From positions 416,001-480,000 of the forward strand of contig CAWGMK010000013.1 in NCBI GenBank assembly GCA_963823655.1: a stretch of DNA of 64,000 bases, read 5' to 3'. The position numbers were made by a program, and so were the translations under genes. This document shows, in pieces, positions 10,810 to 21,155 of this stretch. Numbering within the stretch: position 1 is the stretch's first letter; every line of letters starts with the position of its first letter. Source of the stretch: an uncultured Bacillota bacterium. GTDB taxonomy: Bacteria; Bacillota; DTU025; MWDF01. The notes under the pieces are model-generated. The model did no database searches. It was not told the origin of the DNA and saw only the letters and a list, made by a program, of their open reading frames with translations.

Positions 10810-11826
10810 TTACTCGATGAGCCCCAAGGCTATCTGTATCGCATTTGTGGCGGCGCCCTTTTTAAGCTGGTCGCCGACCGCCCAAAGCACTATCGACCTG
10901 GGGGCGGAAGTGTCCACCCTGACTCTGCCTACATGCACTAACGTGCTGCCTGAGACCATAAACGGCATCGGATAGACGCCCTTCATGGGATCATCCTCCA
11001 ACACCAGGCCCTTGCCTGTGGCTATCGCGTCCTTTACATCCTCAATGTCGAAATCCTTCACGGTCTCGATGTTGATTGACTCCGAGTGCGATCTGAACAC
11101 GGGCACCCGCACTGTCGTGGCGCAGACCTGGATCTTGTTGTCCGCAAATATCTTCCTGGTCTCGTCCACCATCTTGTGCTCTTCCTTCGTATAGCCGTCC
11201 TCATAGAAGACGTCTATGTGGGGGATGACGTTGAAGGCTATCTGATGATGCACCGATCCGGTCTTCATCGGCAGCACCTCGGGTTTAACGGGCCTTCCGG
11301 CAAGGTAGTCCTCGCTTTCCTTCCTTAAGGCCTCAATCGCCGCCCAGCCCGCACCTGAAACTGCCTGGTAGGTCGATGCGATTATCCTTTTGATGCCGTA
11401 TTTGCGGTATATCGGCTCAATCGCTACGCACATGATTATCGTGCTGCAATTGGGGTTTGCGATTATTCCCTTATGGGCCTTCGCGGCCTCCATGTTCACT
11501 TCCGGCACCACCAGCGGCACCGTCGGGTCCATCCTCCATGCACTGGAGTTGTCAATTACTACGCAGCCTCTTTTGGCGGCCTCGGGAGCCAGCTGCTTGG
11601 AGGCGGTTCCACCTGCGCTGAAGAAGGCGAAATCAACGCCCTTGAACAATTCAGGGGTCGCTTCCTCCACCTTGATTGGGCCGTAAGGCGTATCCATACT
11701 CTTGCCCGCCGACCTCTCGCTCGCAAGAAGCCTAAGGCTGGAAACCGGGAAATCCAGCTCCTTCAGCCCCAAAATGAATTCTCTTCCTACCGCGCCTGTG
11801 GCGCCGACTATCGCTACTTTGTACAT
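10810..11826 (-). CDS. asd: Aspartate-semialdehyde dehydrogenase
   Basis: GATGAVG, ANPNCSTI, YQAVSGAG, KGAATNA. Confidence 0.96.
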   Translation of the reverse strand: MYKVAIVGATGAVGREFILGLKELDFPVSSLRLLASERSAGKSMDTPYGPIKVEEATPELFKGVDFAFFSAGGTASKQLAPEAAKRGCVVIDNSSAWRMDPTVPLVVPEVNMEAAKAHKGIIANPNCSTIIMCVAIEPIYRKYGIKRIIASTYQAVSGAGWAAIEALRKESEDYLAGRPVKPEVLPMKTGSVHHQIAFNVIPHIDVFYEDGYTKEEHKMVDETRKIFADNKIQVCATTVRVPVFRSHSESINIETVKDFDIEDVKDAIATGKGLVLEDDPMKGVYPMPFMVSGSTLVHVGRVRVDTSAPRSIVLWAVGDQLKKGAATNAIQIALGLIE

Positions 11827-11845
11827 GACAGCACCTTCCGTCCTA

Positions 11846-12649
11846 TCAGAAGTCCAGCCCCATGGCCTTGTCCAGGCCGAAAATGGGCTCGCTTATCTCC
11901 ATAGATTTCCTAATTGCAAGGATGACGCCGGGCATGAAGGATTCTCTTCCAATCAAATCATGCCTTATGGTTAGTATCTGGCCCAATCCGCCGAAGATTA
12001 CCTCCTGATGGGCCACAAGCCCCGGCAGGCGCACGCTGTGCACCCTGACACCGCCAAAATCGCCGCCTCTGGCCGCCGGCTCATCTGAGCCTGCTTTCCT
12101 GGACGAGGCGCCCACAGATGCCAGTCCGGCCGCAGTCGCCTTGGCAGTGCCGGACGGCGCGTCGAGCTTCTTGTCGTGATGTAGCTCGATTACCTCGCAG
12201 TCGGGCATGAACCTCGCCGCGATTTTGCTAAGCGACATCATAAGCACGGCACCAATTGCGAAGTTAGGCGCAAGGATTCCTCCAACGCCCGCTTTCGCAG
12301 ACTTGTACATAAGATCCTGTATCGTCTCCTGGCTAATTCCGGTCGTCCCTACTACCCAACGCAGGCGATTTTCAATCGCCTTCTGGATATTCGAAACTGC
12401 GGCCGTTGCCACGGTGAAGTCTACCATTACGTCAGCCTTATGCAGCGCAAGTGCCTCCTCGATAGAGCCTGTGACCTGCACTCCAAGCGGGCCAAGCCCG
12501 CATATGGAGCCTATGTCCTGCCCCAGCAATGTGCGATCGACGGCCCCTGCCAGCACCAAGCCCTCTTCCTTGTGCACGGCCTTGACCACTTCCATGCCCA
12601 TCTTGCCGCAGGCACCTGTCACCAATACCCTGATGTCAGCCATGCTCAA
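11846..12649 (-). CDS. dapB: 4-hydroxy-tetrahydrodipicolinate reductase
   Basis: GACGKMG, VGTTG, ELHHDKKLDAPSGTA. Confidence 0.96.
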   Translation of the reverse strand: MSMADIRVLVTGACGKMGMEVVKAVHKEEGLVLAGAVDRTLLGQDIGSICGLGPLGVQVTGSIEEALALHKADVMVDFTVATAAVSNIQKAIENRLRWVVGTTGISQETIQDLMYKSAKAGVGGILAPNFAIGAVLMMSLSKIAARFMPDCEVIELHHDKKLDAPSGTAKATAAGLASVGASSRKAGSDEPAARGGDFGGVRVHSVRLPGLVAHQEVIFGGLGQILTIRHDLIGRESFMPGVILAIRKSMEISEPIFGLDKAMGLDF

Positions 12650-12654
12650 CCCTC

Positions 12655-13101
12655 CTAAAGACCGGTATGCCCGAAGCCACCGGCTCCTCTGTTCGTGTCG
12701 TCCAGATCGGCTTCCTCTGTGAATTCCGCCTTTTCAACTTCGGCTATTACCAGCTGGGCGACTCTTTCACCCCGCTTGAGCAGAAATTCCTCTAAACCAA
12801 GGTTCACCAGTATCACCTTGACTTCCCCGCGGTAATCGCTGTCAATGGTGCCCGGGGAATTCAAAAGAGTGATGCCGTGCTTTATGGCTAAACCCGACCT
12901 CGGGCGCACCTGCCCCTCATATCCTTTCGGGATCGACAGGGCTATGCCGGTCGGTATAAGCGCCCTTTGCAAAGGTTTAAGAGTCAATTCCCCTTCAATA
13001 GCTGCGCGCAAGTCCGCCCCGGACGCCGCCTCGCTCATATACTCCGGAAGCCATTCCGAAACGCCGTTAGGCAGCACTTTAACGCTAACTTTCACACCCA
13101 T
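12655..13101 (-). CDS. dut: dUTP diphosphatase
   Basis: RPRSGLA, GTIDSDYRGE, RGAGGFGHTG. Confidence 0.97.
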   Translation of the reverse strand: MGVKVSVKVLPNGVSEWLPEYMSEAASGADLRAAIEGELTLKPLQRALIPTGIALSIPKGYEGQVRPRSGLAIKHGITLLNSPGTIDSDYRGEVKVILVNLGLEEFLLKRGERVAQLVIAEVEKAEFTEEADLDDTNRGAGGFGHTGL

Positions 13102-13190
13102 CGGGGACGTCCCTCCCGCATACTTCGGCTCTTGTATTTAATAATTATACTATATGCGGGCTCCCATTGGCACTTTCAAGGTTAGAGGCT

Positions 13191-14558
13191 TTAGGATTTT
13201 CTCATGAGCGCCAGGAAGAAACCGTCGGAGCCGTGCACGCCCTGCAGAAGCTGAGCCATGCCGCTGCCGGGTTCTGAAAACCCCAGCCCCTCAAGCCTTT
13301 TTAATGGCTGCAGGGAGAAATCCTTATGCCTGGCTAGAAATGCTGCTACCTGCTCCTCGTTCTCCTGTTCGGACACAGTGCAGGTGCTGAATACAAGCCT
13401 TCCGCCCTTTTTTAGGCAAACCGCCGCGGAATCCAGGATATCTGCGCCGATTTTCGCAAACTGGGCCGCCTGTGTCGGGTCCTTCCTCCATCTGGCATCG
13501 GCCCTTCTTGAAAGAACGCCCAGCCCTGAGCAAGGGACGTCGGCCATAACGGCATCCGCTTTGTCCTGGTAGCGAAAATGCAGCTTCGACGCATCAGCTG
13601 CCATAGTGCGAATGCATTTGAGTCCCAGCCTTGCGGCATTGTCCTCGACTAGCGCAAGCCTTGCCGAGTTGGAATCAACCGCTATTATGTCGGCGGAATC
13701 TGCGGAAAGCTCCGCCGCGTGACAGGCCTTGCCGCCGGGCGCGCTGCATACATCCAGGATGAGCTCGCCGGCTTTAGGATCCAGAACCTCCGCAACCAGC
13801 ATCGAGGATTCATCCTGCACGGAATAGCAGCCGGCCTCAAACAGAGCGCCTGATGCAGCCCCTCCCCAGCCCTCCAGCCTGATGGCGTACTCAGAGATTG
13901 CCCCTTCCGCAGCGGGCTTTCCCTCTGCTTTCAGGGACTCTAACAGCGCGGCCCTGGTATTCTTCATCGTATTGACCCTGATGACGGCCTGCGGGCTCGC
14001 ATTGTCGTACTGGCACATTAAAAAGGCTTTGTCCATGCCGAACCTGCTTACCCATTGTTTAATTATCCAATCAGGGTGTGATTGTACTATAGAAAGCCAT
14101 TTCTCGGGCTCCGTATTCCTGTCCGGCAGGACAGGGGCGAAACCCGCAGCCGTTGCCTTCCTCAGAACCGCGTTCACAAAGCCCGCAGCCCCGGTGTTCG
14201 AAATCTTCTTCGCCTGCTCTACGGCGGCGTCTACGACTGCGAAACCGGCCTCGCCCTTCATGTAGAAAAGCTGGTAGGCGGCAAGTCTTAGCACGCACGC
14301 TATCTGAGGGTCTATCTGCTTTATCTTCCTGCCTGATGCAGCCTCAATGATATTGTCCAAGGGCAGCAGCATCCTGATTGCCCCGAAAGCCATCTCGGTG
14401 GCCGATGCCCTTGCCCTTTGGTCGGGCTTTCGCATCCTCTGCACATCAGAGAGGGCCTTATGCGCAAACAGGCCCTCCTGCATACAATAGTAAAGCACCT
14501 CCAAAGCAATGTCCCTGGAGGTGCCGGATAGGTTTTCGAAAGCGGGCCTTCTAACCAC
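13191..14558 (-). CDS. rsmB: 16S rRNA m5C967 methyltransferase
   Basis: NusB-like N-terminus, DVCSAPGGK, DVPCSGLG, FSTCT, DGFF. Confidence 0.93.
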   Translation of the reverse strand: MVRRPAFENLSGTSRDIALEVLYYCMQEGLFAHKALSDVQRMRKPDQRARASATEMAFGAIRMLLPLDNIIEAASGRKIKQIDPQIACVLRLAAYQLFYMKGEAGFAVVDAAVEQAKKISNTGAAGFVNAVLRKATAAGFAPVLPDRNTEPEKWLSIVQSHPDWIIKQWVSRFGMDKAFLMCQYDNASPQAVIRVNTMKNTRAALLESLKAEGKPAAEGAISEYAIRLEGWGGAASGALFEAGCYSVQDESSMLVAEVLDPKAGELILDVCSAPGGKACHAAELSADSADIIAVDSNSARLALVEDNAARLGLKCIRTMAADASKLHFRYQDKADAVMADVPCSGLGVLSRRADARWRKDPTQAAQFAKIGADILDSAAVCLKKGGRLVFSTCTVSEQENEEQVAAFLARHKDFSLQPLKRLEGLGFSEPGSGMAQLLQGVHGSDGFFLALMRKS

Positions 14559-15246
14559 GGCGTCTGCCTCTTAGTAAGATGAGCCTCAGCAGCTGCGTCA
14601 GGGCAACTGCAGTTGCCGCAACATACGTAAGGGCTGCCGCGTTTAAGACCTGCTTCGCCTGCGGAATCTCATCTACTGTAAGGAATCCCCCTGCTTCTAG
14701 CATCTTAATAGCCCTGTCCGACGCATTGTACTCCACAGGTAGCGTAATCACCGTGAAGAGGACTGAGCCTGCGAAAAGGATTATGCCGATGTCCATAAGC
14801 AGCGTGCCGCCTGTGCTGAACAACATGCCTATGATGAACAACGGAACGGCAAGGAAGGAGCCCAACTGGGCTACAGGAATGATCGCATTCCTGAAGGCAA
14901 GGGCTGCATAGCCGTCCTTGTGCTGCAGGGCGTGCCCCGTCTCATGCGCCGCGACCGCAATAGATGCTATCGAATTGCCTGAGTAGACTTCCCTTGAGAG
15001 GCCCAGCTTGTTGTTGCGCGGGTCGAAATGGTCGGTAAGGCGCCCTTCGACTACTTCAAGCGTCATGTTCGTCGCGCCGCTTGCATCGAGAATATACTTG
15101 GACACCTCGTAGCCTGTGTAGCCCTTGCTCGATTTGACTCCAAGATACTTCTGGAAAGTGCCGCTAACCTTGGACTGAGCGTACATGGCGAAGATCATCG
15201 CCGGGATTATTAGTATATAGGTCCAATCGAAACCACCGTAGTACAT
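14551..15246 (-). CDS. Membrane zinc metallopeptidase (YugP family)
   Basis: LTDHFDP, AAHETGHALQ, LPVEYNAS, AALTYVA. Confidence 0.9.
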   Translation of the reverse strand: MYYGGFDWTYILIIPAMIFAMYAQSKVSGTFQKYLGVKSSKGYTGYEVSKYILDASGATNMTLEVVEGRLTDHFDPRNNKLGLSREVYSGNSIASIAVAAHETGHALQHKDGYAALAFRNAIIPVAQLGSFLAVPLFIIGMLFSTGGTLLMDIGIILFAGSVLFTVITLPVEYNASDRAIKMLEAGGFLTVDEIPQAKQVLNAAALTYVAATAVALTQLLRLILLRGRRRG

Positions 15247-16227
15247 CTATTTCACCTCGTTTTGATTTCTGATATCACATAAAAGGTCTATCCTGCCCGA
15301 AAGCCTGCGCCCTCTGGAGAAAGCCTTGCAGTCCATGGCCTTCCCGCCGGAAGGCTTAACAGTCGTAAGCTTGACCCAGCCGCCCTTCGCCGACGCGTAT
15401 ATCGAGCAGTCGTGGGAGGCGAAAGCAAGCCCCAGCTCGGGAACCGGCAGCCCGGCAGAAGACGCTTCGTCCGCGCTTACCGTCTGCGCCGAAAGCACCT
15501 TCATCTCGTTTGAACAGATGAATGCCCTGGCTCCTGGCATCGGTGACAATGCCCTGATCTTCGCAACTATCGCTTCCGGCTCCTCGGCCCAGTCGATCCC
15601 CTCGTCTTCCCTGGTTATCTTCCTGGCAAAGCTCGCCAGATTGCCATCCTGCGCCATGCGGGGTGCTTTTCCCACTTCTAGTAAACGAAGCATCTCGACT
15701 ATGAGTTCTGAGCCGACAGCTGCCACTTTCTCCAGCACGCTGCCCGAATCGTCAGAGTCATGTATCGGAATCTCGCGGCTGATGCCGATGTCCCCCTCGT
15801 CCATGCCCTCGCTCATGTACATAATCGTCACGCCTGTGCTGGTCCGCCCGTCCATAATCGCCCTTTGGACAGGAGCTGCCCCTCTGTACAGTGGGAGCAT
15901 GGAAGCATGGATATTTATAAAGCCGTATTTGGGCATCGCTAGCATCGCTGAAGGTATCTTCTGCCCGAAGGCACAGACAACGGCCACATCAGCTTTGAGC
16001 TCCTCGATCGCCTTCATAAACCCGGGTTCCGTCGCCTTTTGGGGTTGTATCACTTCAAGGCCGAGCTCGAGCGCAGCCTTCTTGACCTCGGTGTGCTCCA
16101 CATTCCGGCCCCTGCCCTTCGGCCTGTCGGGCTGGCTTACGACCGCAACTACCTGATGGCCGGCTGCCACAAGCGCCTTTAAAGGCGGCACCGCAACGGT
16201 CGGAGTGCCCATATAGACTACCCTCAC
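15247..16227 (-). CDS. fmt: Methionyl-tRNA formyltransferase
   Basis: YMGTP, QPDRPKGRG, NIHASMLPLYRGAAP; def-fmt-rsmB synteny. Confidence 0.96.
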   Translation of the reverse strand: MRVVYMGTPTVAVPPLKALVAAGHQVVAVVSQPDRPKGRGRNVEHTEVKKAALELGLEVIQPQKATEPGFMKAIEELKADVAVVCAFGQKIPSAMLAMPKYGFINIHASMLPLYRGAAPVQRAIMDGRTSTGVTIMYMSEGMDEGDIGISREIPIHDSDDSGSVLEKVAAVGSELIVEMLRLLEVGKAPRMAQDGNLASFARKITREDEGIDWAEEPEAIVAKIRALSPMPGARAFICSNEMKVLSAQTVSADEASSAGLPVPELGLAFASHDCSIYASAKGGWVKLTTVKPSGGKAMDCKAFSRGRRLSGRIDLLCDIRNQNEVK

Positions 16228-16709
16228 TCGGCGGCAGCCCCCTTCTTGGACTTCTTCTCCCTCTCATCGAGGAAGACCTTGTCCGCCATATCTACGTAGA
16301 GCTTGCCCTCAAGGTGATCCAGCTCGTGAAGCAGGCATCTTGCCAGGATCCCGTCCCCGTCGACAGTGCAAACCTTGCCGGTCCTGTCCAGATACTTCAC
16401 CTCTACATAATCCGGCCTGGTTATATAAGCAAACTTGCCCGGCACCGAAAGGCAGCGCTCCTCATACTCTACTGCCCCTTCGGTCCTGGTAACATGGGGG
16501 TTGATCATCGTAACGGGACCGTCCCCTATGTCGAAGACCACAAGCCTTACCGGCTCTCCTACCTGAGGTGCGGCAAGGCCTATGCCGTCTGCCTCATACA
16601 TCGCCTTAATCATGCCGGCGGCCAGGTCCAGCAGCTCTTTATCGATTTTCGCGACCGGCTTGGCTACTTGCCTCAGGACCGGGTCGCCTTCTTTTCTGAT
16701 CTCAAGCAT
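16224..16709 (-). CDS. def: Peptide deformylase
   Basis: GIGLAAPQVG, E(R)CLS, HELDHLEG. Start moved to ATG 16709 (MLEIRKEGDPVLR) to avoid the priA overlap. Confidence 0.92.
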   Translation of the reverse strand: MLEIRKEGDPVLRQVAKPVAKIDKELLDLAAGMIKAMYEADGIGLAAPQVGEPVRLVVFDIGDGPVTMINPHVTRTEGAVEYEERCLSVPGKFAYITRPDYVEVKYLDRTGKVCTVDGDGILARCLLHELDHLEGKLYVDMADKVFLDEREKKSKKGAAAE

Positions 16710-16729
16710 ATCTTCTATGCACTCTCCGT

Positions 16730-18922
16730 CTACAATGTACTTTGCGGGTTGAAGTCCAACCTTACTGAGCAACCCTCGTAATCCTCGCCTTTTGACAGGA
16801 ACCCCAACTTGCCCCTTAGCGTTTCGGGCTCCTCGCTTAGTAATAGTATATGCCATCTGCTCCTGCCTTCAACCCTGGAAAGAGGCGCCTGCACCGGGCC
16901 CAAAAGGCGTACTCCGTCCTGTCCTTGTGAAATTCTCGCTGCGATCTTCTCCGCGCACTCCTCCGCCGCCCTGTCCGTCTCCGAGATTACCAGTATCCTT
17001 GCCATCTCGGAAAACGGGGGGTATCCGAGCGCCTTCCTCGAGGCCGACTCAATATCATAGAATTGCCTGTAATTCCCGGCTATCGCAGCTTTCAGGCTGT
17101 AGTGGTCCGGATTGTATGTCTGCACCACCACAAGCCCCGGCTCCGCCCCTCTTCCGGCCCTGCCCGAGACCTGAGCGACAAGCTGGTAGGTCCTCTCCGC
17201 CGCCCGAAAGTCCGGAAACTTCAGCGCCATGTCAGCTGCCAAGACTCCGACTAAGGTGACCTCGGGGATGTCTAAGCCTTTGGCTATCATCTGCGTACCC
17301 ACGAGGATCTGCGTCTTACCCTCCCTGAAGGCATCGAGAATCCTCCTGTGCGAGCCCCTCTTCTTCGTGCTGTCGACGTCCATCCTGGCGATGCCGGCCC
17401 CCGGGAAAAGCACCGCAAGCTCCTCTTCTACCTTCTGAGTGCCAAGGCCGTAGAGCTTGAGCCTTGCGCTGCCGCAAGACGGGCAGCGGGGCGGCACCTG
17501 CTCATCATGGGAGCAGTAATGGCACCTCGCAAGCTTCAGATCCGAATGATATACGAGCGAGACATCGCAAAGCGGGCACTTCATCGTAAAGCCGCAATCC
17601 CTGCAGAGTATGAGCGGCGAATGGCCCCTTCTGTTCAGAAAGAGCATTATCCTTCCGCCTTTGGCGAGCGCCTTATCCATCTCACCTTTAAGCCTGCGGC
17701 TGAGGAATGAATAGTTGCCGGCTTTCATCTCTTCCCTGCGGTCTACCAGGACCATCTCGGGAAGGCTCCTGCCGTCGACCCTTTCGGGCAGCTCACACAA
17801 TTTTATGGAGCCTGCTGCCACCCTGCTGTATGTTTCAAGCGACGGCGTCGCTGATCCCAGTATCAGGGCGGCGCCCGCAATCTTCGCTCTCTGCTCGGCG
17901 ACTTCCCTTGCGTGGTATCTCGGGCTGTCATCCTGCTTGTAGGAGCCGTCGTGCTCTTCGTCAATAACGATTATTCCTAGATTGGGCAGCGGCGCGAAGG
18001 CCGCCGAGCGGGCGCCTACGACTACGTCTACAAGGCCCTTGCTTGCCATGTACCAGTGATAGGACCTCTCCAATTCGGTAAGCGCGCTGTGAAGCACTGC
18101 CACCCTGGCGCCGAAATGGGCCCTTACAATGTCCGACATCTGCGGAGTAAGCGCGATGTCCGGCACAAGGAGGATTCCCTGCTTGCCGGCCGCCACCGCG
18201 GCCTTCAAAGCCCTTATATACACCTCGGTCTTGCCGGAGCCCGTTACGCCGTGCAGCAGGACTGTCCCGCCGTTGACTATTGCGCTTTCCGCAGCCTTCA
18301 GGGCTTCCAGCTGGTGACTTGTTAAGTCCACATGCTTTATTGCAGCGCGGCTGTCCTCCGAATTTGCCCTTCTCAGTACGAAAGCCCTCTCAAGGTATCC
18401 TGCCTTGACGAGCGAGGCGACCGCAGCCTCATTGGCTCCGCCTGCCTCAAGCACCATCTGAAGAGGGTAAGGGCCGCTCTCGCCCTGGGATAGGAACCAG
18501 TCCAGAAGCTTAAGCCTTACCGGGCTTCTTTTGAGCTCCTGCCTTGCTAGAGGTGGATCTGCAAGCAACCTTGCCGAAGGCCTGATCCCGGGAGCCAAGG
18601 GGATGTTGCCCGGAGGGAACATCAGCTTAACGGCCTCAATCCTCAAGCAAAGGTATTTTTCGGCCATCCAGTCCGCCAGCTGCATCATATCTGGAGGGGC
18701 CGCAATAGGGCCGGACTTAGGCTCCCTGAGTTGCTTTACGCCCTTCTGGTCTGTGGTGTCTGAGAGGGAGAACACGAAGCCGTCGATTAGCCTGTTTCTA
18801 AATGGCACGAGGACCTTGGAGCCGGGCAGCGCTGACATGCCTTCCGGCACCGAGTAATCGAAAAGCTGGTCTAACTTTCTGTGAATAATGTCTACGGCCA
18901 CTTTGGCATACATCGCCATCAC
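16730..18922 (-). CDS. priA: Primosomal protein N'
   Basis: GVTGSGKTEVY, DEEHD, four CxxC pairs, QVSGRAGR. Confidence 0.96.
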   Translation of the reverse strand: MMAMYAKVAVDIIHRKLDQLFDYSVPEGMSALPGSKVLVPFRNRLIDGFVFSLSDTTDQKGVKQLREPKSGPIAAPPDMMQLADWMAEKYLCLRIEAVKLMFPPGNIPLAPGIRPSARLLADPPLARQELKRSPVRLKLLDWFLSQGESGPYPLQMVLEAGGANEAAVASLVKAGYLERAFVLRRANSEDSRAAIKHVDLTSHQLEALKAAESAIVNGGTVLLHGVTGSGKTEVYIRALKAAVAAGKQGILLVPDIALTPQMSDIVRAHFGARVAVLHSALTELERSYHWYMASKGLVDVVVGARSAAFAPLPNLGIIVIDEEHDGSYKQDDSPRYHAREVAEQRAKIAGAALILGSATPSLETYSRVAAGSIKLCELPERVDGRSLPEMVLVDRREEMKAGNYSFLSRRLKGEMDKALAKGGRIMLFLNRRGHSPLILCRDCGFTMKCPLCDVSLVYHSDLKLARCHYCSHDEQVPPRCPSCGSARLKLYGLGTQKVEEELAVLFPGAGIARMDVDSTKKRGSHRRILDAFREGKTQILVGTQMIAKGLDIPEVTLVGVLAADMALKFPDFRAAERTYQLVAQVSGRAGRGAEPGLVVVQTYNPDHYSLKAAIAGNYRQFYDIESASRKALGYPPFSEMARILVISETDRAAEECAEKIAARISQGQDGVRLLGPVQAPLSRVEGRSRWHILLLSEEPETLRGKLGFLSKGEDYEGCSVRLDFNPQSTL

Positions 18923-19401
18923 CTGCCCCGGCCGAAAAGCCTCTCAAGCTTCCTCATCAATCCGGTCCAAACGCTGTCCTTGGCGGCTAGGGGCTCAACA
19001 AGCACGGAATCGATGCCGCAGAGGTTCGCGCCGAGGATGTCTGTGAACAGCTGGTCGCCGAACAGCAGCACCTCTCGCCTGGGCAGCCCGATCGCCCTAA
19101 GGGCCCTGGCCATGCCCCAGGGAAAGGGCTTGACCCACCCGTAGACTATAGGAAGGCCTATGGTCTTCTGTATCTTTGCTGCCCTGGTGCCGAAATTATT
19201 GGTGAAGACTACGATGCTAAATCCCATGGCCAGGGCGCTGTCCAGCCAACCTCTGAAATCGTCCTTGAGGTCAAGAGTTCCAAACGGCAGGAGCGTGTTG
19301 TCCGCGTCCACCAGCAGGCCCCTCTTCCCGCCCTTCCAGATGGAGGCTAGGTCCGAGTCAGTCACCTTTGCCATCGAATATGTCGGCTTTAAAAATCCCA
19401 T
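18919..19401 (-). CDS. yqeG: YqeG-family HAD IIIA phosphatase
   Basis: DADNTL, GDQLFTDILGAN. Confidence 0.88.
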   Translation of the reverse strand: MGFLKPTYSMAKVTDSDLASIWKGGKRGLLVDADNTLLPFGTLDLKDDFRGWLDSALAMGFSIVVFTNNFGTRAAKIQKTIGLPIVYGWVKPFPWGMARALRAIGLPRREVLLFGDQLFTDILGANLCGIDSVLVEPLAAKDSVWTGLMRKLERLFGRGR

Positions 19402-19405
19402 GCCC

Positions 19406-20023
19406 TTACCTTGCGATCCTTGTCCTGATGCTGGCGATCAACATGTCTATTGCGACATTGTTGTAGCCGCCCTCAGGGACGATGATATCGGCATACTTCT
19501 TGGTAGGTTCGACGAATTGGATATGCATCGGCCTTACCGTGTCGAGATACTGCCTGATGACGAATTCGGTGGTCCTGCCCCTGTCCCTGGTGTCGCGAAC
19601 GAGCCTTCTGATGAAGCGCACATCCGGATCCGTATCAACATAGACTTTCATATCCATCAAGGCGCGGACCCTCTCGTCCTCAAGCACCAGTATCCCGTCT
19701 ATGATCACTACGCCTGCGGGGTTCACCCGGGTGGTGCGCGAAGTCCTGGTATGTTCGCTGAAGGAGTAGAAAGGCTTGTCAATGGACTTGCCCAGCTTGA
19801 GCTCTTTTATGTGGGCCATGAACAGCTCCACGTCGAAGGCGAAAGGATGGTCGTAGTTGACCTTTACCCTCTCTTCAAAGGGCATGTTGCTCTGGTCCTT
19901 GTAATAGGCATCCATCTCAAGCACTGCGACATAATCGCCGACTGCCTCAGCCACGCGGCGCACAACCGTGCTCTTGCCGGACCCGCTTCCTCCTGCAATG
20001 CCGATAGTTAAAGTTGCGGCCAT
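19406..20023 (-). CDS. udk: Uridine kinase
   Basis: [37 protein letters not shown]. Confidence 0.96.
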   Translation of the reverse strand: MAATLTIGIAGGSGSGKSTVVRRVAEAVGDYVAVLEMDAYYKDQSNMPFEERVKVNYDHPFAFDVELFMAHIKELKLGKSIDKPFYSFSEHTRTSRTTRVNPAGVVIIDGILVLEDERVRALMDMKVYVDTDPDVRFIRRLVRDTRDRGRTTEFVIRQYLDTVRPMHIQFVEPTKKYADIIVPEGGYNNVAIDMLIASIRTRIAR

Positions 20024-20058
20024 AATATTGCCTCCAATCGAGAAAGGGCAAAACGGGC

Positions 20059-21058
20059 TCAGTTGCCGGCTATAGCCCTTAGATGTTCGCTGTAGGTCCT
20101 GGAGAAAGTATGGCTTCCGTCGCCGTTTGCTACGAAGAACAGGTAGTTATGCTCGGCGGGGTTCAAAACCGCCAGTATGGCAGCCTCTCCGGGGTTCGAG
20201 ATCGGCCCGGGCGGCAGCCCATTGGTAAGATAGGTGTTATATGGAGATTCGATCAGCGTATCCTGCCTGCTGAGGACCGCTTTCGGCTCAGGCAGCAGGT
20301 ATTGGACCGTCGCGCAGCTCTGAAGCGCCATGTTCCTGTCGAGCCTGTTTAAAAATACCCCTGCCACGATGGGAAGCTCTGAGCTGAGCAAGGCCTCCTT
20401 CTCTACTATCGAGGCCAGTATGACGACCTGTTCGGGTGAAAGGCCAAGCTTCAGCTCGCTTGCTATCCTTTTGCCCGCTTTCAGGCTGAAGTTTTCGAGC
20501 ATGGCGGAGATGACCGCCTGCGCCCCTGCTCCCTCGCTGAACTCATATGTGTCCGGGTAAAGGTAGCCTTCCAGCCCCCCTGCGATATTGAACGGGATCA
20601 GCGCTAATAGCGACTCGTCGGGCTCCATGACCAATCGCCATGAATTCGTCGTAGTCGGCCAGCCCGAGAGATGCCGCCTTGTTTGCAATCTGCCTGGCTG
20701 TATAGCCTTCAGGTATTCTCAGCTCGACGCCCTTTTGAAGGCCTAGTTTCAGCTTCCTTACGATGCTTGCCAGACCTTCGGTCGCCGAAAAGTCGTACTT
20801 GCCGAATTTGAGGCCTCCGTCAAGCCCGAAAAGCTTCACATACAGCTTGAAACCGAATTCGGAGGAGATTAGCCCGGCTTCCTTCAGGATGCCGGCGATT
20901 CCTCCCGTTCCCGTCCCTTCGGGTATTGCGATTTCTACAGGATCCGAAGATGCCAAGCTTGGCGGATCCAATACGGCTTTCACCGCCACCGCCCCAGCCA
21001 AAGCTGCTATTACCACAAGGATTGCGAGTACTCTGATTATCGATCTGCCATTGCTCAT
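20059..21058 (-). CDS. mltG: Endolytic transglycosylase MltG (split by one indel near 20632)
   Basis: ORF 20543..21058 gives the TM anchor and IPEG repeats; ORF 20059..20688 gives [34 protein letters not shown]. Confidence 0.9.
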
Positions 21059-21115
21059 TACGTTGTTTACCTCTATGGAATTATACCATGCGAGAAGTGC
21101 CCAAAACCTAAGAAG

Positions 21116-21140
21116 GGCGGGACCTTTCGCAGGTCCCGCC
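21116..21140 (-). terminator. Intrinsic terminator-like hairpin after DUF1292
   Basis: GGCGGGACCT-gcgaa-AGGTCCCGCC, a perfect 10-bp stem followed by CTTCTT on the minus strand. Confidence 0.65.
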
Positions 21141-21155
21141 TCGGTGTTTTATCGT

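Noticed and set aside
13115-13160. CCCGCATA/TATGCGGG inverted repeat overlapping the dut RBS region
   Set aside because: Only 8 bp with a 30-nt spacer, and one arm lies upstream of the probable -10. No lysine riboswitch or T-box features are present.
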